This document shows positions 33,881 through 47,000 of a stretch of DNA of 64,000 nucleotides, piece by piece (position 1 is the stretch's first letter; every line of letters begins with the position of its first letter). The notes below the pieces were generated by a model that did not search any database, was not told the origin of the DNA, and saw nothing but the letters and a program-made list of their open reading frames with translations. A program made the position numbers and the translations under genes. The stretch comes from Lepidodermella squamata. Its lineage: Eukaryota; Animalia; Gastrotricha. The stretch lies in the NCBI GenBank assembly GCA_047495785.1, contig JBLDXI010000001.1, forward strand, positions 4,712,001 through 4,776,000. Reading direction: 5' to 3'.

Positions 33881-34545
33881 ATGTCAAGCCGCATTCTGTT
33901 CACTCTTTTGATGAGCGTTGTTCTTGCTCATCTTGGTAAGGAAACATCCAAGCAATTGCACAATAAATATTTATTTGATTGCCATTCAGTTTTCTGCGCA
34001 TCTCAGATAGACGTTCGAAAGCCAGGCAGCAATTGCACACTTATCAATGAAGACTATACATATGAAAGAGATGCAATATTTCATAAATTTACCAAGGGCG
34101 AATGTGCTGATAATTGCAAGGCGAACCCTGAATGCACTGTCTACGAATTTTGGGAGAGCTCGAGACCAATAGATGTGAGAACAATAATGGAAGGCTATGG
34201 GAGAGATGTAATCGCCTATTGCGGTCTATTTTCGGCCTGCGTACAGAATGGACCTGTGGATTCGAAGAAGGCTCCGGAGAAGGATTCCAAGACACATTCG
34301 AAGAAGGTTCCGATGAAGCATTTGAAGAAGGTTCCGATGAAGGATTCGAAGAAGGCTCCGGAGAAGGTTGTCCTATTCAAAGCCTAAGCAGGACTAAGCA
34401 GGAACTAACACGTTATACTTGCAAGCTGCTGCGTCTGACAAGTCTCATGACCTTCTGGTTCACCGCTGATCTAGCCGCCGCATTATTCATGCTTTCGCTT
34501 TCTTTTATTATTTCTTGCTGGGTGTCAATTCTTTTGTTCGTGTGA
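33881..34545 (+). CDS. Secreted PAN/apple-like protein with tandem repeats; probable 1-nt frameshift near 34245
   Basis: Signal exon 33881-33935, 54-bp intron, ECADNCKANPECTVYEF...YCGLFSAC; the downstream alternative frame gives EEGSGEG repeats, further Cys and a hydrophobic C-terminus. Confidence 0.62.
34261..34368. repeat. 24-bp coding minisatellite TTCGAAGAAGG(C/T)TCCG..GAAGGA, ~4.5 units
   Basis: Seen directly. Confidence 0.9.
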
Positions 34546-35084
34546 TCCTATACGGTGCTGGTCATTGCGATAAACCTTGTCTGGGGAGCCTCAATCGATG
34601 CGGATTTTTTAAATAATTGATTTTATGAAATTCAATTGGCGCTTTTTTGGGACAAAATGTAAAAAGACCTAGTTATTCGCAACTCTCGATTTTATTTCCG
34701 TAATAAATCAATCAGTATTTAGGTAACATAGATGCGTGAGATAACTTTGCGTAATCGCGATCACTTCATATAAATCAGAGATTCTATACACGGGGAATTC
34801 AATGATAGATGCAATCCGTGATGTAAAATATCATTTTTTATGGTATAGCAATACAAATTAACACGGGTTTCCAATCTGTATTTGGAAAATACGCACAAGA
34901 ATAAATATCTATTTTTTCGAATATTTCATTACGTTAGCTGAGATTAAAAAATAACTTTTATTACATAATTGTTCGAAACAACTTTAAATAAAATAAAAGC
35001 TTCCTGATCACTAATCGATTATCGATTATCGATTTTTGAAGTAACAAACAATATTCAATCAAATTCAGTCGGTATCTTCGATTT

Positions 35085-38000
35085 CTAATTGTCAAGCTGG
35101 CATAGCAAGGCGACGCCACGCGCGATCCAGTGGTCGGGATTGCGATCGGTTGGCAGGCGCATTGCGATGACGAAATTGGTCGAGTGGCCAGTTGTCGACA
35201 GGACACCTCGCCTCTCCGACGTTTTATACACGGGTGACGTATACGTCAACTTGTTCGGCACGTCGTCACGCTTCATTGGCTTCAGCCAAATCTATTCAAG
35301 CGGAACCAAAAAATATTAGAAATTTATTAAAAACGCTCAAATCAAATTTTGTGACTAAAATACAATTTTCATCGAAATTCAAATATTATAATTTCAAAAA
35401 ATTAGTTTTGAAAATTTTTGAAACTTCACAAATGGTTCGAAACATCGAATTAGCTAGAATTCAATATTTGACATTTTTGAAATTTGAAATTGTTTGAAAT
35501 TTTAGGAAATTTTGGAAATTTTAGAAATTCAATCCTACTTCTTGATTTTAGACTCACCGTAGGCATAGCGTCCTGGAGAACCTTCGGGAAAGATTCGGCC
35601 AGCAATTTGGTCTGGCGGTCCCACCTGGCGCCGTCCAAATACAGGCCTTTCACATAGACGCCATCGTCGGGCGGCGTGTCGTACTCCTTGTCCTCCTGAA
35701 TCTCATAGTCGAACGTCAACAAATCGATAGGAATCGTGTACTTCCTCGCGTAGTTCTGCTGCGCGCCGGTCAAAAACGCCTGTGTGAAGTAGAATCCAGA
35801 CAGCCAGAAAACCGGCGGTGGGCCGAAATCTTCCCAATCCTTCAAAAATTTCAGCCTAGCGATAAAATCGGCAATGTAAGACCCGAGCGGCTTCAGCGAT
35901 GGGTACGATTTTTTCATCCACATGGCCGGAATTTTGCCCTTGAGGACCGACATGAAAACCTCCTCGAGATCAGCCGACATGACAACGAGACCTTTAATGG
36001 CCTTGCGGATGTTTTGCAGGCTGGATCGGACGGTTTGAAGCAGGCGGTTGAAGCGGCCCATTTCTTGGACTAATACAGTGTTCATGCTCTGCTTGTAGCT
36101 GGTCGGGTATTTGCGTAGCGCGGACACTGTGTCAAAGTCGGGCGGCAGTTTTCCAACGATATCAGCCGCGACTTCGTCGACAATTTCGTCAGTTGACTTG
36201 CCAGAACCACCTGTTGATCGGGCCTGGGAAAAAATTACGCCGAAAATTTAGATTCACGAACAAATAAATTTGAAAAATAAATTATAAAAAATAAGGGGAA
36301 ATTAAAATTGAGAGAAAAAATAAATGACAACAATTGAGCCGAAAAATTAGCAGAAATGATAAAAAAATCAATTTTAATTTTTCCACGAGATTTTCAAGCG
36401 GAAAATCGGCCAAAAAATTAAAATTGCCAGGCGAGTTGGATTTTTTCCAAAGTTGACGATTAAATTATACACGAGGGATATTATGAATGATTTCCACTTA
36501 CTTCCTCCTGTGAATATTGAAATAAAAAATATCGATTCATTTATTTTCCGGTCAAGGTCAAGAGATTAAAAAATTAGGTAATAATTTCATTTTCAGCATG
36601 CGATTTTTGATGGTGATTTTCAAGCTTTTCCCAAGCTCATTCCTCATTAAAAACTCACCGAATCTTCCTATATAATAATTTCGATATTTTCCCAATTTGT
36701 TCGTAAAAAAAATTCGAAAAAAATAATCAAATTTTAATACCTGAGTCAGCAAGATGTTGTCGAACAAAATTCGCGTCTCAGCCTGATCTTTCGTAATATC
36801 GGCATTCGCATTCATGCCGAAGACGTTTGGCGACGAATTCAGCGGTAACGATCTGGTATATTCGATGTAGCTCTCATACTGAAAATTAGAACAAATTTAA
36901 ATAAAATTGGAAGAATGTATAAATATTTTACATCGCCGTCTGGTGGGGCGTAGTACAGGCCGCTTTCGTCGAACAGGTACAAATTTTCGAGGTCGAGAAT
37001 TTCCGGACAGTAGAATTTGTTGAGCAAAGTCCGCAGCGTGCGACGATCCCAGTCGTCCGTAACACGACCTAAAATTTAAAAAAAATACTTATGATTTGTA
37101 TTTTCCATCGGTTTTGTGAAATTCTCAAATTTTCTTCATTTCAGATTTAAATTTTGAAAACCGAATTAAATTTATTTTCACCTCCGTAGTTGCACTCGCC
37201 GGTCAGGTATTTAATGGCATCGTACTGCACCTCGTCGTAGTCGTTCAAGAACATGGCCAGTTGGCGCGTTGAAATGCGCAAGTCCGTCTCGTTGAACTCG
37301 TACGGAATATTCCAGCCGATGGGGCCGAATTTACGCCGCTCTTGGATCAACGCATGGAAAAAGCACAGGCCGTACAGCAGCTTCTTAAACGCCGCCATGT
37401 TTTTGCACGACGAGAAAAATTCTGGGTTCGAAATCGGGTCAGATAGATATGACCTAATTATGTTGAAGCGCAGCCCCTTGGGCGGTTCATTCGTCATTTT
37501 GACACCGTTTTGTAAGATGGTGACAGGGAATGACGTCGATGGGTACGAGGTGAGCCACAGCCGGAAGTCAGGGTGCGTAGAATCAGGGTTCAGTTCCTCG
37601 CAAATTTTTTCCAACATCGGCATCCAAGACGGGGCGAGATGGCAATTTTGAAGCAGGACCCAAGTACCGTCTTTTACGGCTTTTTCCAACATTCTCAACG
37701 CAATCGGACCCTGGCCTTGACCCAGAGATAGCGACTCGAATTTCGCGCCGCCGAAGCCCATATCGTCGGCGAATTTGAGTAGGGCCGCTGTAGGATCGGC
37801 GCCGGGGCTCAGAACGAAAATGAGGGGTGACGAGCAGTTTGAGTCGTTGAAAGTTTTCGGCAGGTCGAACGGCGGCGGTTCAATGAAGCGGCGCCCAATT
37901 TTCTCCGAAATGAAATCCTGAACTGCTGGGATGATTTTGTCCGGCCGCAGGCAACGCAAAATCAACATGCGCTATATAAGGCGAAAATATACGAAAGAAA

Positions 38001-41000
38001 ATCAAAATAAATGTCAATTACTCTATTAGAATATGAATTAATTAGTGAAAATGAAAATTTGGCATTGTTCGTGATAATTTGAAAAAAATTATGTGCGAGT
38101 TCCATGCTCTCTTACCGCCATGCCATCAATCTACAGATTATAACGGGGATAGAATGTTTATATTAAGGGCAATTGATTGAATGCTTGGTCTAGTAACAGA
38201 AAATAAGAAAATCTATCAGTTTTTCCATTATTTACATGAGCTAATTTTACGACTATCAAGCAGGAAATAATATCCGACTACATGCTAAATGTGACCAGTT
38301 GAACAAATTTTATACCTGGAAAGTCTGTAGAAATTATGAAACAAATACATCGATGAGTATTTAAATTTTAGATTTTAGATTCGATCTTCAAGCTAAAATC
38401 GCAAGTGTTCCGCCTATCGGCAAGTTGATAGGTAATTTGATCAAGTTCATTTGATCAACGCAGCAGCTTTCGATCAAGAGGATCATGCCAATATCAAACT
38501 TTTCAAACAAATAGCTTTCAAGTTTGATCCAGATTTGATCAATGTTTGATATGTCGGTCTTCAAAGTGGGATCAATTTTCAGCTCAATTTTCGTTTCAAA
38601 GCGATCAGTTCGCGATCAAAATATCTTGATCATGATTTGATCAAACAATGAACTAAATTTGATTCCGTAATCTCAGAGGTTCATCGGAATGTAATCATCA
38701 TTTGATCAGCTCAAGTCAATCTTGGACTACATTTGATTCTGATTTGATCACTTTAAAGTTACCGTACCTGGAATTTTCCGGCATCAGCCCAATCGCCTGG
38801 GAAAACTTCATTCTGCGGCTCGAGCGAATCGTAAATCGCCTTCCAGGCGTCCTTGTAATTCGGGAATTTTTTCCTCAACCCACCAAATCGCGCCAACTCC
38901 TCCAAACGGCAAATTTCATCCCAAGACCTGGATGGCAACCAGGTCGCCGGATTCGCATGCGGATTGTCGAGACCAACACCGCCGGTCAACAAAAATCGCC
39001 ACTCTTCATCGTCGATTTCCTTATCATGTTTCAACAAATTGACGCAGAGAAGGAGCGAGAACAGCAATTTATCCTTTTCGAACAACGACCGGCAAACGTT
39101 TTGATACAACGAGTAGGTGAAATGGTCTTTCAACGACGCCAATCTCTTCGTCAAAACATCCGATTTTTCGGCATTATCGATTGATAGGATGAAGAGATTG
39201 ATGAACCAAGTCAGCGAATACTGGTACATAGGCTCAATATTCGCCAAATCCGCGATGGAAAAGAACAAAATCGTAGAGTGAACGGCGATTGGCCGATAGC
39301 CTAAACGAGTCGCATCAATGACTTTTTCCGTTTCTTCGGCTATTTTTTGCTTCTCGGAAATTTCATTCGCGAGCACTTTTGACGACGACAGGACTTTGAT
39401 GGCTGTTTCATCCTCTAGAATGTTGCCTTCCGATGACGAAAGAATTTCTAGGATTTTGTCTTCGATTTCCTTCAGTTGTTTCTTGTTCTGGGCTGATTGA
39501 ATGATCAATTGATTCTTCTCTTCTTCAAGTTCAGGCCGTTCTCGGGCGACTACTATGCCCAAAAGTTGGTCTTCCAAGCCCTCGGACGTGATCATGAAGT
39601 TGAGCAGTGTCACCTAAGAAATTAAGAAAAAAATGAAAATGAAAATTTAAGGTTTTCGAGATTAAATTTTGAATATTTTAATTTGAATGGCGAACCTTGA
39701 CGGACGTCTCTGGCAAGTAGTGAGGATTTCGCAATTTCGTGGTCATGTAAAACCTGAAATCGTTTGAATATTCAACGGTGGAATCCCCCAGCTTGATGCA
39801 CAGCGAGCCGCCCTGTTTGAAGGTCTGCTTCAGCAACAGCGGCTCAAGCACCGGGTCGATTTCCTCGCCAACGTTCTCGAGCAGGACGGGCGTGCCGAAC
39901 TGAATGCAATTCTCCAGCGTTCGCATCATGTCGTTGTCGTTGGGCTTGATGACGTGCAGATTGTTCGCCTTTTCCATGTTTTTGACCCATTTGTTAGCTT
40001 GACCTTGAGGATCGATCATCAACGGCCACCGACGCGAATTGCTATTAAAATAGGACAAATTATGAAAATTCAAATTTAGGGAGAATTTTCAATAAAATTG
40101 CATGCAAAACATCGAACATTTTCAATGTCCCACAATTTTCCCAACATTTAAAAATGAAAAATGAAATGTGGAAAAATTCATGAAAATTAGTTGCTTCATT
40201 TAAATTAATTTGACAAAATAACTTACGATACGACGATGCCGTTTTCGACTGAGAAATTATCCGAGGGTAGACCAGCAATATTCCACGCTCGAATGGCCAC
40301 AGGGTCACCCAGCGTAGCGATGAGCGAGAAGTCGTGCGAGCACGGAATGCCGCGCCCGGTCACAGACTTGACCCACTCTTTAATTTGCGACTAAATTTAA
40401 ATTTAAATTGTTTATTCATTCGGCAATTTCAGGCGATTTTCTTACCGCTCGGAAGGCTGATGTGAAAGAGCCGAGGTAAGCGACAACACCGGCTGAAATC
40501 AACACGTCTCCGGTAACATTGACGAACAATTCGCCGAGAATTCGAGCCGACTCTTGCCAACTAAAAAAAGGAACATTTTAAAAAAATTTCAAAATAAAAA
40601 ATGAAAGTCGAGATTTCTCGGGGAAACAGAAAATTCTTCAAAATTCAAAAATTCTCAATTTTTCGAATTTTTTATTGGATTTTAATTTCAATTTTAAAGA
40701 TTTTTTACCGAGTTTTTTCGCCGCCAAGACCGCCAATAAGCTGTTCAGCACGGTCGAGCTTCTTCGAGCACAAATCGACCTGATTTTCAAGGTCCAACTT
40801 TTTGCGCTTATTGAACTCGAGCTTCTCCTGAAGCGCCGTCAACTTGGCCTGAACAGCCCTGAGCGACGCTCGTTTCTGCTCAAGAGACGCCATAGCCTGG
40901 GCCAGCTCACCCTCGGCCTTCTTAAGGGCCTCCTTTTTCGGGGCGACGACCTTCGCGACCTTATCATACGACTCCATGGCAATAATCCAACGACACAGAC

Positions 41001-44000
41001 CCTCGCAGGCCGAAGACGCGACCTTGACCTTGTCGGGGTCGAAATCCGGATTCGTCAAATATTTCGTCGAAATTTGTTTAACAATCGGCGCCGGGATGTT
41101 GTCCTTGTCAAACGTGTGGAGTGACTCCAAAAATTTCATGTCACCCAACAGTTTTTTCGACGGCCCCCAGTAGTCCTCGATCTTCTTACCCGACCCACTC
41201 GGATCCGGGACCCTATCGGGCTTAATACCCTTCAGTACGCAGATAGCTTCCATGACGAGCCTAACACCGTTCGGCGGTGATTTCATGGTTTTCACGATGG
41301 TAATATCCTGCGGGGTCAGGGTGTCCAACGCGGCTAGGGCCTGGTTGAGGATGGGCATGGCCGTCGCCAGGTCGTTATCGCACTCCTCCTTAATGGCCTG
41401 CGACGCGCGCGCCTGCTCGTTCGCAATCGCCTCGTCCTGTTTAACGACCTTCTCGACCTTGGCGACCTCGGCGGATTCGCGCTCGATGATCACCATCGTG
41501 TCCTCGACCTCCTTCGACGCGACGACCAGCTGCGGCTGCAGTTCGATGAGTTCTTTTTGCATGACTGAAACCTGCGACGCGGCCGAGTCGAGTTTTTCGA
41601 GGCCGACTTCGTAGCGGCGCTTGCCTTTCAGCACTTCGTTGCGCTTCTTGTCCATGAGATTTTTGAACGTGGAGATCATTTCGAGGTACGACGTTGGCGT
41701 GACGTAGTTGTGGCGGTTCAGCTGCGTGAGGTACCGCTCGGACAGCTGCGATGTCGACGTGTGGAACAGCTTGCACATGTCGATGCAGCCCATTCGAACG
41801 TCGTGCGGCAGATCGACTTCGCTCAAGAAACGAGTTGCCACAGCTAGAAAAATAAGAAAATTTAAATTTCAAAAATTTTCAAAAATTCAAAAATTCAAAC
41901 TTCAACAAATGTTACCAGGGAAGTAAGCCAAGATCTTTCCGACCTGAAGCTACCATAATTTTTGAATTCGTGACTTCAATTTACCAATTAGTTTCGTGGT
42001 CTTGATCGAAAATTTTAGAACTTCCCAAGTCGACGGAAAATTCAATTTTTCCAAACGTTGTTGATTTTCATTAATTTTCAAACTTTAATGAAACCCTAGT
42101 CCAAGATGACAGTCCGAACGGAGTTGAGTTCGGATACAATGGTTCGACTTTCAATTTTCACGCTCAAGGGACATTGGGATTCCGAAGCTAAGGAAATCCT
42201 AATTCAAGGCGGGGAAATTAGAGATACCTACGTTCTAAATAAAAATAAAAATTAAATTAAAAATAAATTAAAAATTAAAAATCACACCGAAATTTAGGCG
42301 AATTCTGAAATTTAGGTAAGAATATACACATTTCACATTTTAAATTTTGAATATCGATTGATTGAAGTTCGAAAAAAACCAAAATTTTCGAAAGGATACA
42401 AGTTTTCAAAATGTATGTAGAAAGTCTAATTTAAAGGGCTTAATCATAAATGGGCTTGATCTTGATTCAAATTCAAAGCAAATGGCGTACCTTGAAGGGC
42501 ATCCTCAGGCCAAGCGTGGAACCAGTCAATAGTACAGCAATTGACGAGGGACGGGAATTTCCTGAGTCGATTTCGGAAAGCGTCACCAATCGGCGACATG
42601 GCGAGCACAATGTGCAGCTGTTCACGGCACCGCTGTACGAAGAAGTTGAACAGCGCAACCGGCGAGCCGTCGGTTTGCTTGACTTTGTCGCGCTGCCGGT
42701 CGATCGAGCGCATTTTCTCGCAGACTTCGGCCTTTTCATCCGGCGGGTACAAATTCGGGACTTCGCCGGTGTTCAACAGATTGTTGATGTCCTCGAGGAA
42801 GCTTTCTTGCTTGATTTGCGTATCGGCGAATAAGAACACGGCGTGTTGGTCGGTCTCGGTGGCTTTTCGTAAGATTCGCTTCAAATCTTCGTACCACTCG
42901 TTGCGGCCGTAAGACTTGCTGATTTCAACCTGGAAACAAATGCGAAAATTATTCACAGAAAAATGAGATCGTTTTCAATTTTTGAAATGAGAGCCTTCAA
43001 AAATTATGCCAGCCATAAAAATCAGAAAATCATGATAAATTTAAATGAAATTGCGATAATTTTAATAATTATCTTCAAAACTTAACGAAATTTATCGAAT
43101 TTTCAACGTCGGCCCAACTTTTTCGATTCAGGGCAACAACAGTAGCTAGTTGTCTTGGATCTTTAAATTGTTCAAATTTCGAATATTTAAAATTTAAAGA
43201 TTCAAAGAATTCAAAGATTCAAGATAAGTTTCCTGATTTGCCCATTAACAGAAATTAAAAAAATTTCCAAGTGATTTTTTTCAAAATTGCTTTTAAAATC
43301 CGACCCACCCTCGGTCAACAAAATTGATTGAAAAATTGAGGTTTTTAGGTTTTTCATTTAGAAGGAAATAGAATTAACTTTGCTAATTTGAACATTTGTA
43401 GAATTGTCATTTGCTGACGAAAATTTCGCGAGTATTAGAATTTTCCACTGCCATTGGAATTTCGGCTTCCTGAATTTTTGCTAATTTTTTAGCTCAAGTT
43501 TCAAAGGATTTTTTCTCGCTAATGGAAAATTCCAAGAAATTTCTGAAATTTCAAGCAACAAACCTGGAAGAGGTCGTAATCAGCCATGTGTGACGCCAAT
43601 CGAGTGAGCGACTGCCGGCCTGAGCCGCCGACGCCGACCAGCAAGCAGTGGCCCCTGGGCTGTTTCAGCACACGCGCAATGCGGCACACGTGCTCGATGG
43701 CGAATCGGAACATGACCAAGTTCATCGGCTTCTTCGACATCTGGTTGAACTCGTCCAGGTACGCCTCGACGATTTTCGTCAAACTGTCAACGTCCTTGAC
43801 CTCGCAGTAGTTGCCCTCGGCCTTCGGGTCGGCGAAATCGCAGAACATGACCGAGCGAAGGTCGTCCTCCTGAACCACGCCATCCGCGTCGAAATCAACG
43901 GCGGCGAACAGTTCGTCGAATTTGATCTCGAGCCGCTGCTCGACGACGGACTTGACGTACTCGAACACCCACTTTTTGTCCGATTCGTCGACGAGACGGT

Positions 44001-47000
44001 CGTAGTAGACGCGGAACACTTCGTGCACCCACAGGCGTTTTAGGCTGTTTGCGTCTGGGATGACGTTAGGCCGGGAGAGGAGCATGCCCTGAACGACTCG
44101 GCTGAAATCGCGCAGGTTGAATAGGTAGTGCGATTTTCGAGGCGTTGGCAGCAGCATCAACATCGCCTCTTTGTAGACCTAAAAAAACAAATATTATATT
44201 ATTTCAATTTTCTGAAATTGAATTTTCAATTTTTCAAACATTCAAATTATTTTAAACAACAAACGTCAGGGGAATAATTTTACACTAATTACCCAATTTA
44301 GGGCGCAAAAGAGTTTTTGTCCTCAGCAAGTTTGAATAAACACACAAAACAAGCTTAAAATAGAAAACGTCAAAATATTATTAATATCGGAAAAAAAATA
44401 TTTGATCAGCAGCGACCAAGTGCGAAACCCCCCGCACCCCCCGCAGCAACGTAATGTAATTTTCATAATTTTTTAAACAAAGAAACCAACTTCAGGTATT
44501 AATTAGGTAGTTCTCCATGGAATACAATTCTACGCTAATTACCCCAACTTATATGACAAAAAGTGATTGTCCTCAGCGAGTTTGAATAAACAGACAAAAA
44601 ACAAGCTTAGGAAGCTTAAAATAAATTTTCAAAAATTTCGGTAAAAATATTTGACCAGTAGCAACCAAATGCGAAAAACACCCCGGCACGAGCTTATAAA
44701 AGCTGGTCGAAAAATGCCGAAATTTCATCTCACCAAGACAATCTTTTCATTTAAAATTTCGTTTGTTCTTTAAACTTCCTGTCAAAATGATGAAGATCTT
44801 GTTCGTTATTGCCCTTTTGGTATGTTGAAATTTGAAAATTTTTTAGCGAAATTAATTTTTTCTTTTTTTTCCTGAAATAGATTTGCTCAGCATTGAGTGC
44901 TCCGGCGATGATGGATGCCGAGATGGCCCGCGCCCCCCGCCCTGACCCGTTGCCAAAATACTGCACCGCGAGTTCCGACCCGGGGTACTTTTTCTGCCCA
45001 TACTGGGCCTCCTACCCAGAAAACTGCCACATGACGAGCCGAGGCATCGGTTGCCATTAAAAACTGAGGGCACAAGCCTTCAAAATCTCAAAAACTATAT
45101 GCTAACGGTTTAGGGAATCCTTGTTAGAATCTTAATTAAAATTTAATCCTAATTAAAGATAATGAATAAAAACAGTCCGATCGGATCTAGTCGCTTTTTT
45201 GAATCTATAGCTTATTTTTCAGATTAAAGTTGAGTTCATTTTTGAATTTAAAATAATTTTAAATTTAATGATTATTTTTTTAAGAAGACCAATAATTTAT
45301 CGAAAATTTTATAAGTTTCAAGTTTTTTTATCAATTGAAAATTAATTTTTAGCTCATGTTTTCGATTTTGTTTTATCTAACCTGAAGTGTGGCATCGATG
45401 AAAGAGACGAGGAGTGGCTCGATTTCCGGCGCGTAACCCACCGCGCCGACGTGCCAGCGGGCAATTGTCGCGAAGATGCCAACCATCGTCTTGTCGTCGA
45501 ATTCGTTCATCGTCACGCAGTTGAAGTGGCGCAAGAATCGAGGCGTGATGGGGTTGCGGCCACCGCCAGGCGGGCCCATCGCGCACAGCAGTTGGATGTC
45601 GATGAGTTTGATCATGGACGTGTCCTTGAGGTCGTACCAGTTCCAGTGGTCCAGCCACTGCCGCAGCAGTTCGATGGGCGGCTGGGCGCCGTACGTCTCG
45701 CGGATCGGCATGTTGACATCGTCGGCGAACACGACGGCCCGCTTGCCGACCGGCGGGCCGAACACGCCCTTGCGACGCTTGTCCAACTTGGACATGATGA
45801 TGTTTTGCACCTGGTAGGGGAAAAAATCAAAGTTTTAATTATCACCAAAATTCGAAGTAAAAATTAAAAAGAAATCCGAAGAACTGAAAAATTACTTGAT
45901 TTTCAATTATGATACAAATTTTACCAAAGCATAAACGGGAGATGATAGGAAAAAATATGCATTTCCCATTAACTTTGCGAAATACCGAAAAATACCGAAA
46001 TCGGGTTTTTTCCGGATTTAATTAGGATAATCTCTGAAGAATTTTTCGAGAAATTTCAGTTAAATTTTCAAATATTTTCACTCCAAAAATCGAAGTTCCA
46101 GCACTAAAATTGAAGCACTGAAATTTTCCCCGATAAAAGAAAAAAGAAATTTAAATAAAAAAATCATGTTTAACATCTCATCCACAAATTTGCCTAATTA
46201 TACACAAAATCAGCTGTCAGCTTTCAGCTGAAAATTTCTGAAATTAGGCAATTGTATCTACTAAAACGCACTTGATTAGCAGTAGTTTGGGCGGAGAAGT
46301 TGAGAATATTCGGCTTGTAAACGTCCTTGTTGAGTTTCTTCAACAGGAATTCGATGATGTAGCACGACTTGCCGGTACCGGTAGGGCCGACGAAGAGGCA
46401 CGGCTTCTGGTTCGTCACGAGCATGCTCATCAGCATCCAATAGCGCGTTGTGTCGACGGTTTGCACGATGATCTCGTTGAAGGCCGCGTCTTTCGGAATC
46501 GGCGGCAGATCTTCGAGCTTTTTCGCGAACGGGACCCACTTTCCAGCACCCTACATAAAATCCAGAATCAACCAGCAATTCGAATTAAATTTTTGAAAAA
46601 TGGCAAAAATCAGAGTAGCGAATGTTTTCAATTTTTCAAGGGAAATCATAAAATGGCAACAAAATCGAACAATGCAAGTGATTATTGGGTTCGATTGAGA
46701 ACGGGATGAAATAAAAATGGTAGCAATTTAAATTGGGTCATTTGAAGGTCAAACCTTTTGAGGATTAGAATCCTCCGGATCTTTCTGTAACCGGTAATTA
46801 ACATTAATATTTTGTGATGATTGGAAGAGAAAATGTAAATTATTTCGGAAATTTATTGAAACTGACCTCGCGAATGAAATAGTAGTCGTAGATGGTGCCT
46901 TCACGTGGGAAAGGCATGACATAAGATCGAGTCGGCAAATCGACGGTATCGGTCAAGCAGAAAGCTTTACGGTCGTCTTCAAAAATACCTCCCTGAAACG

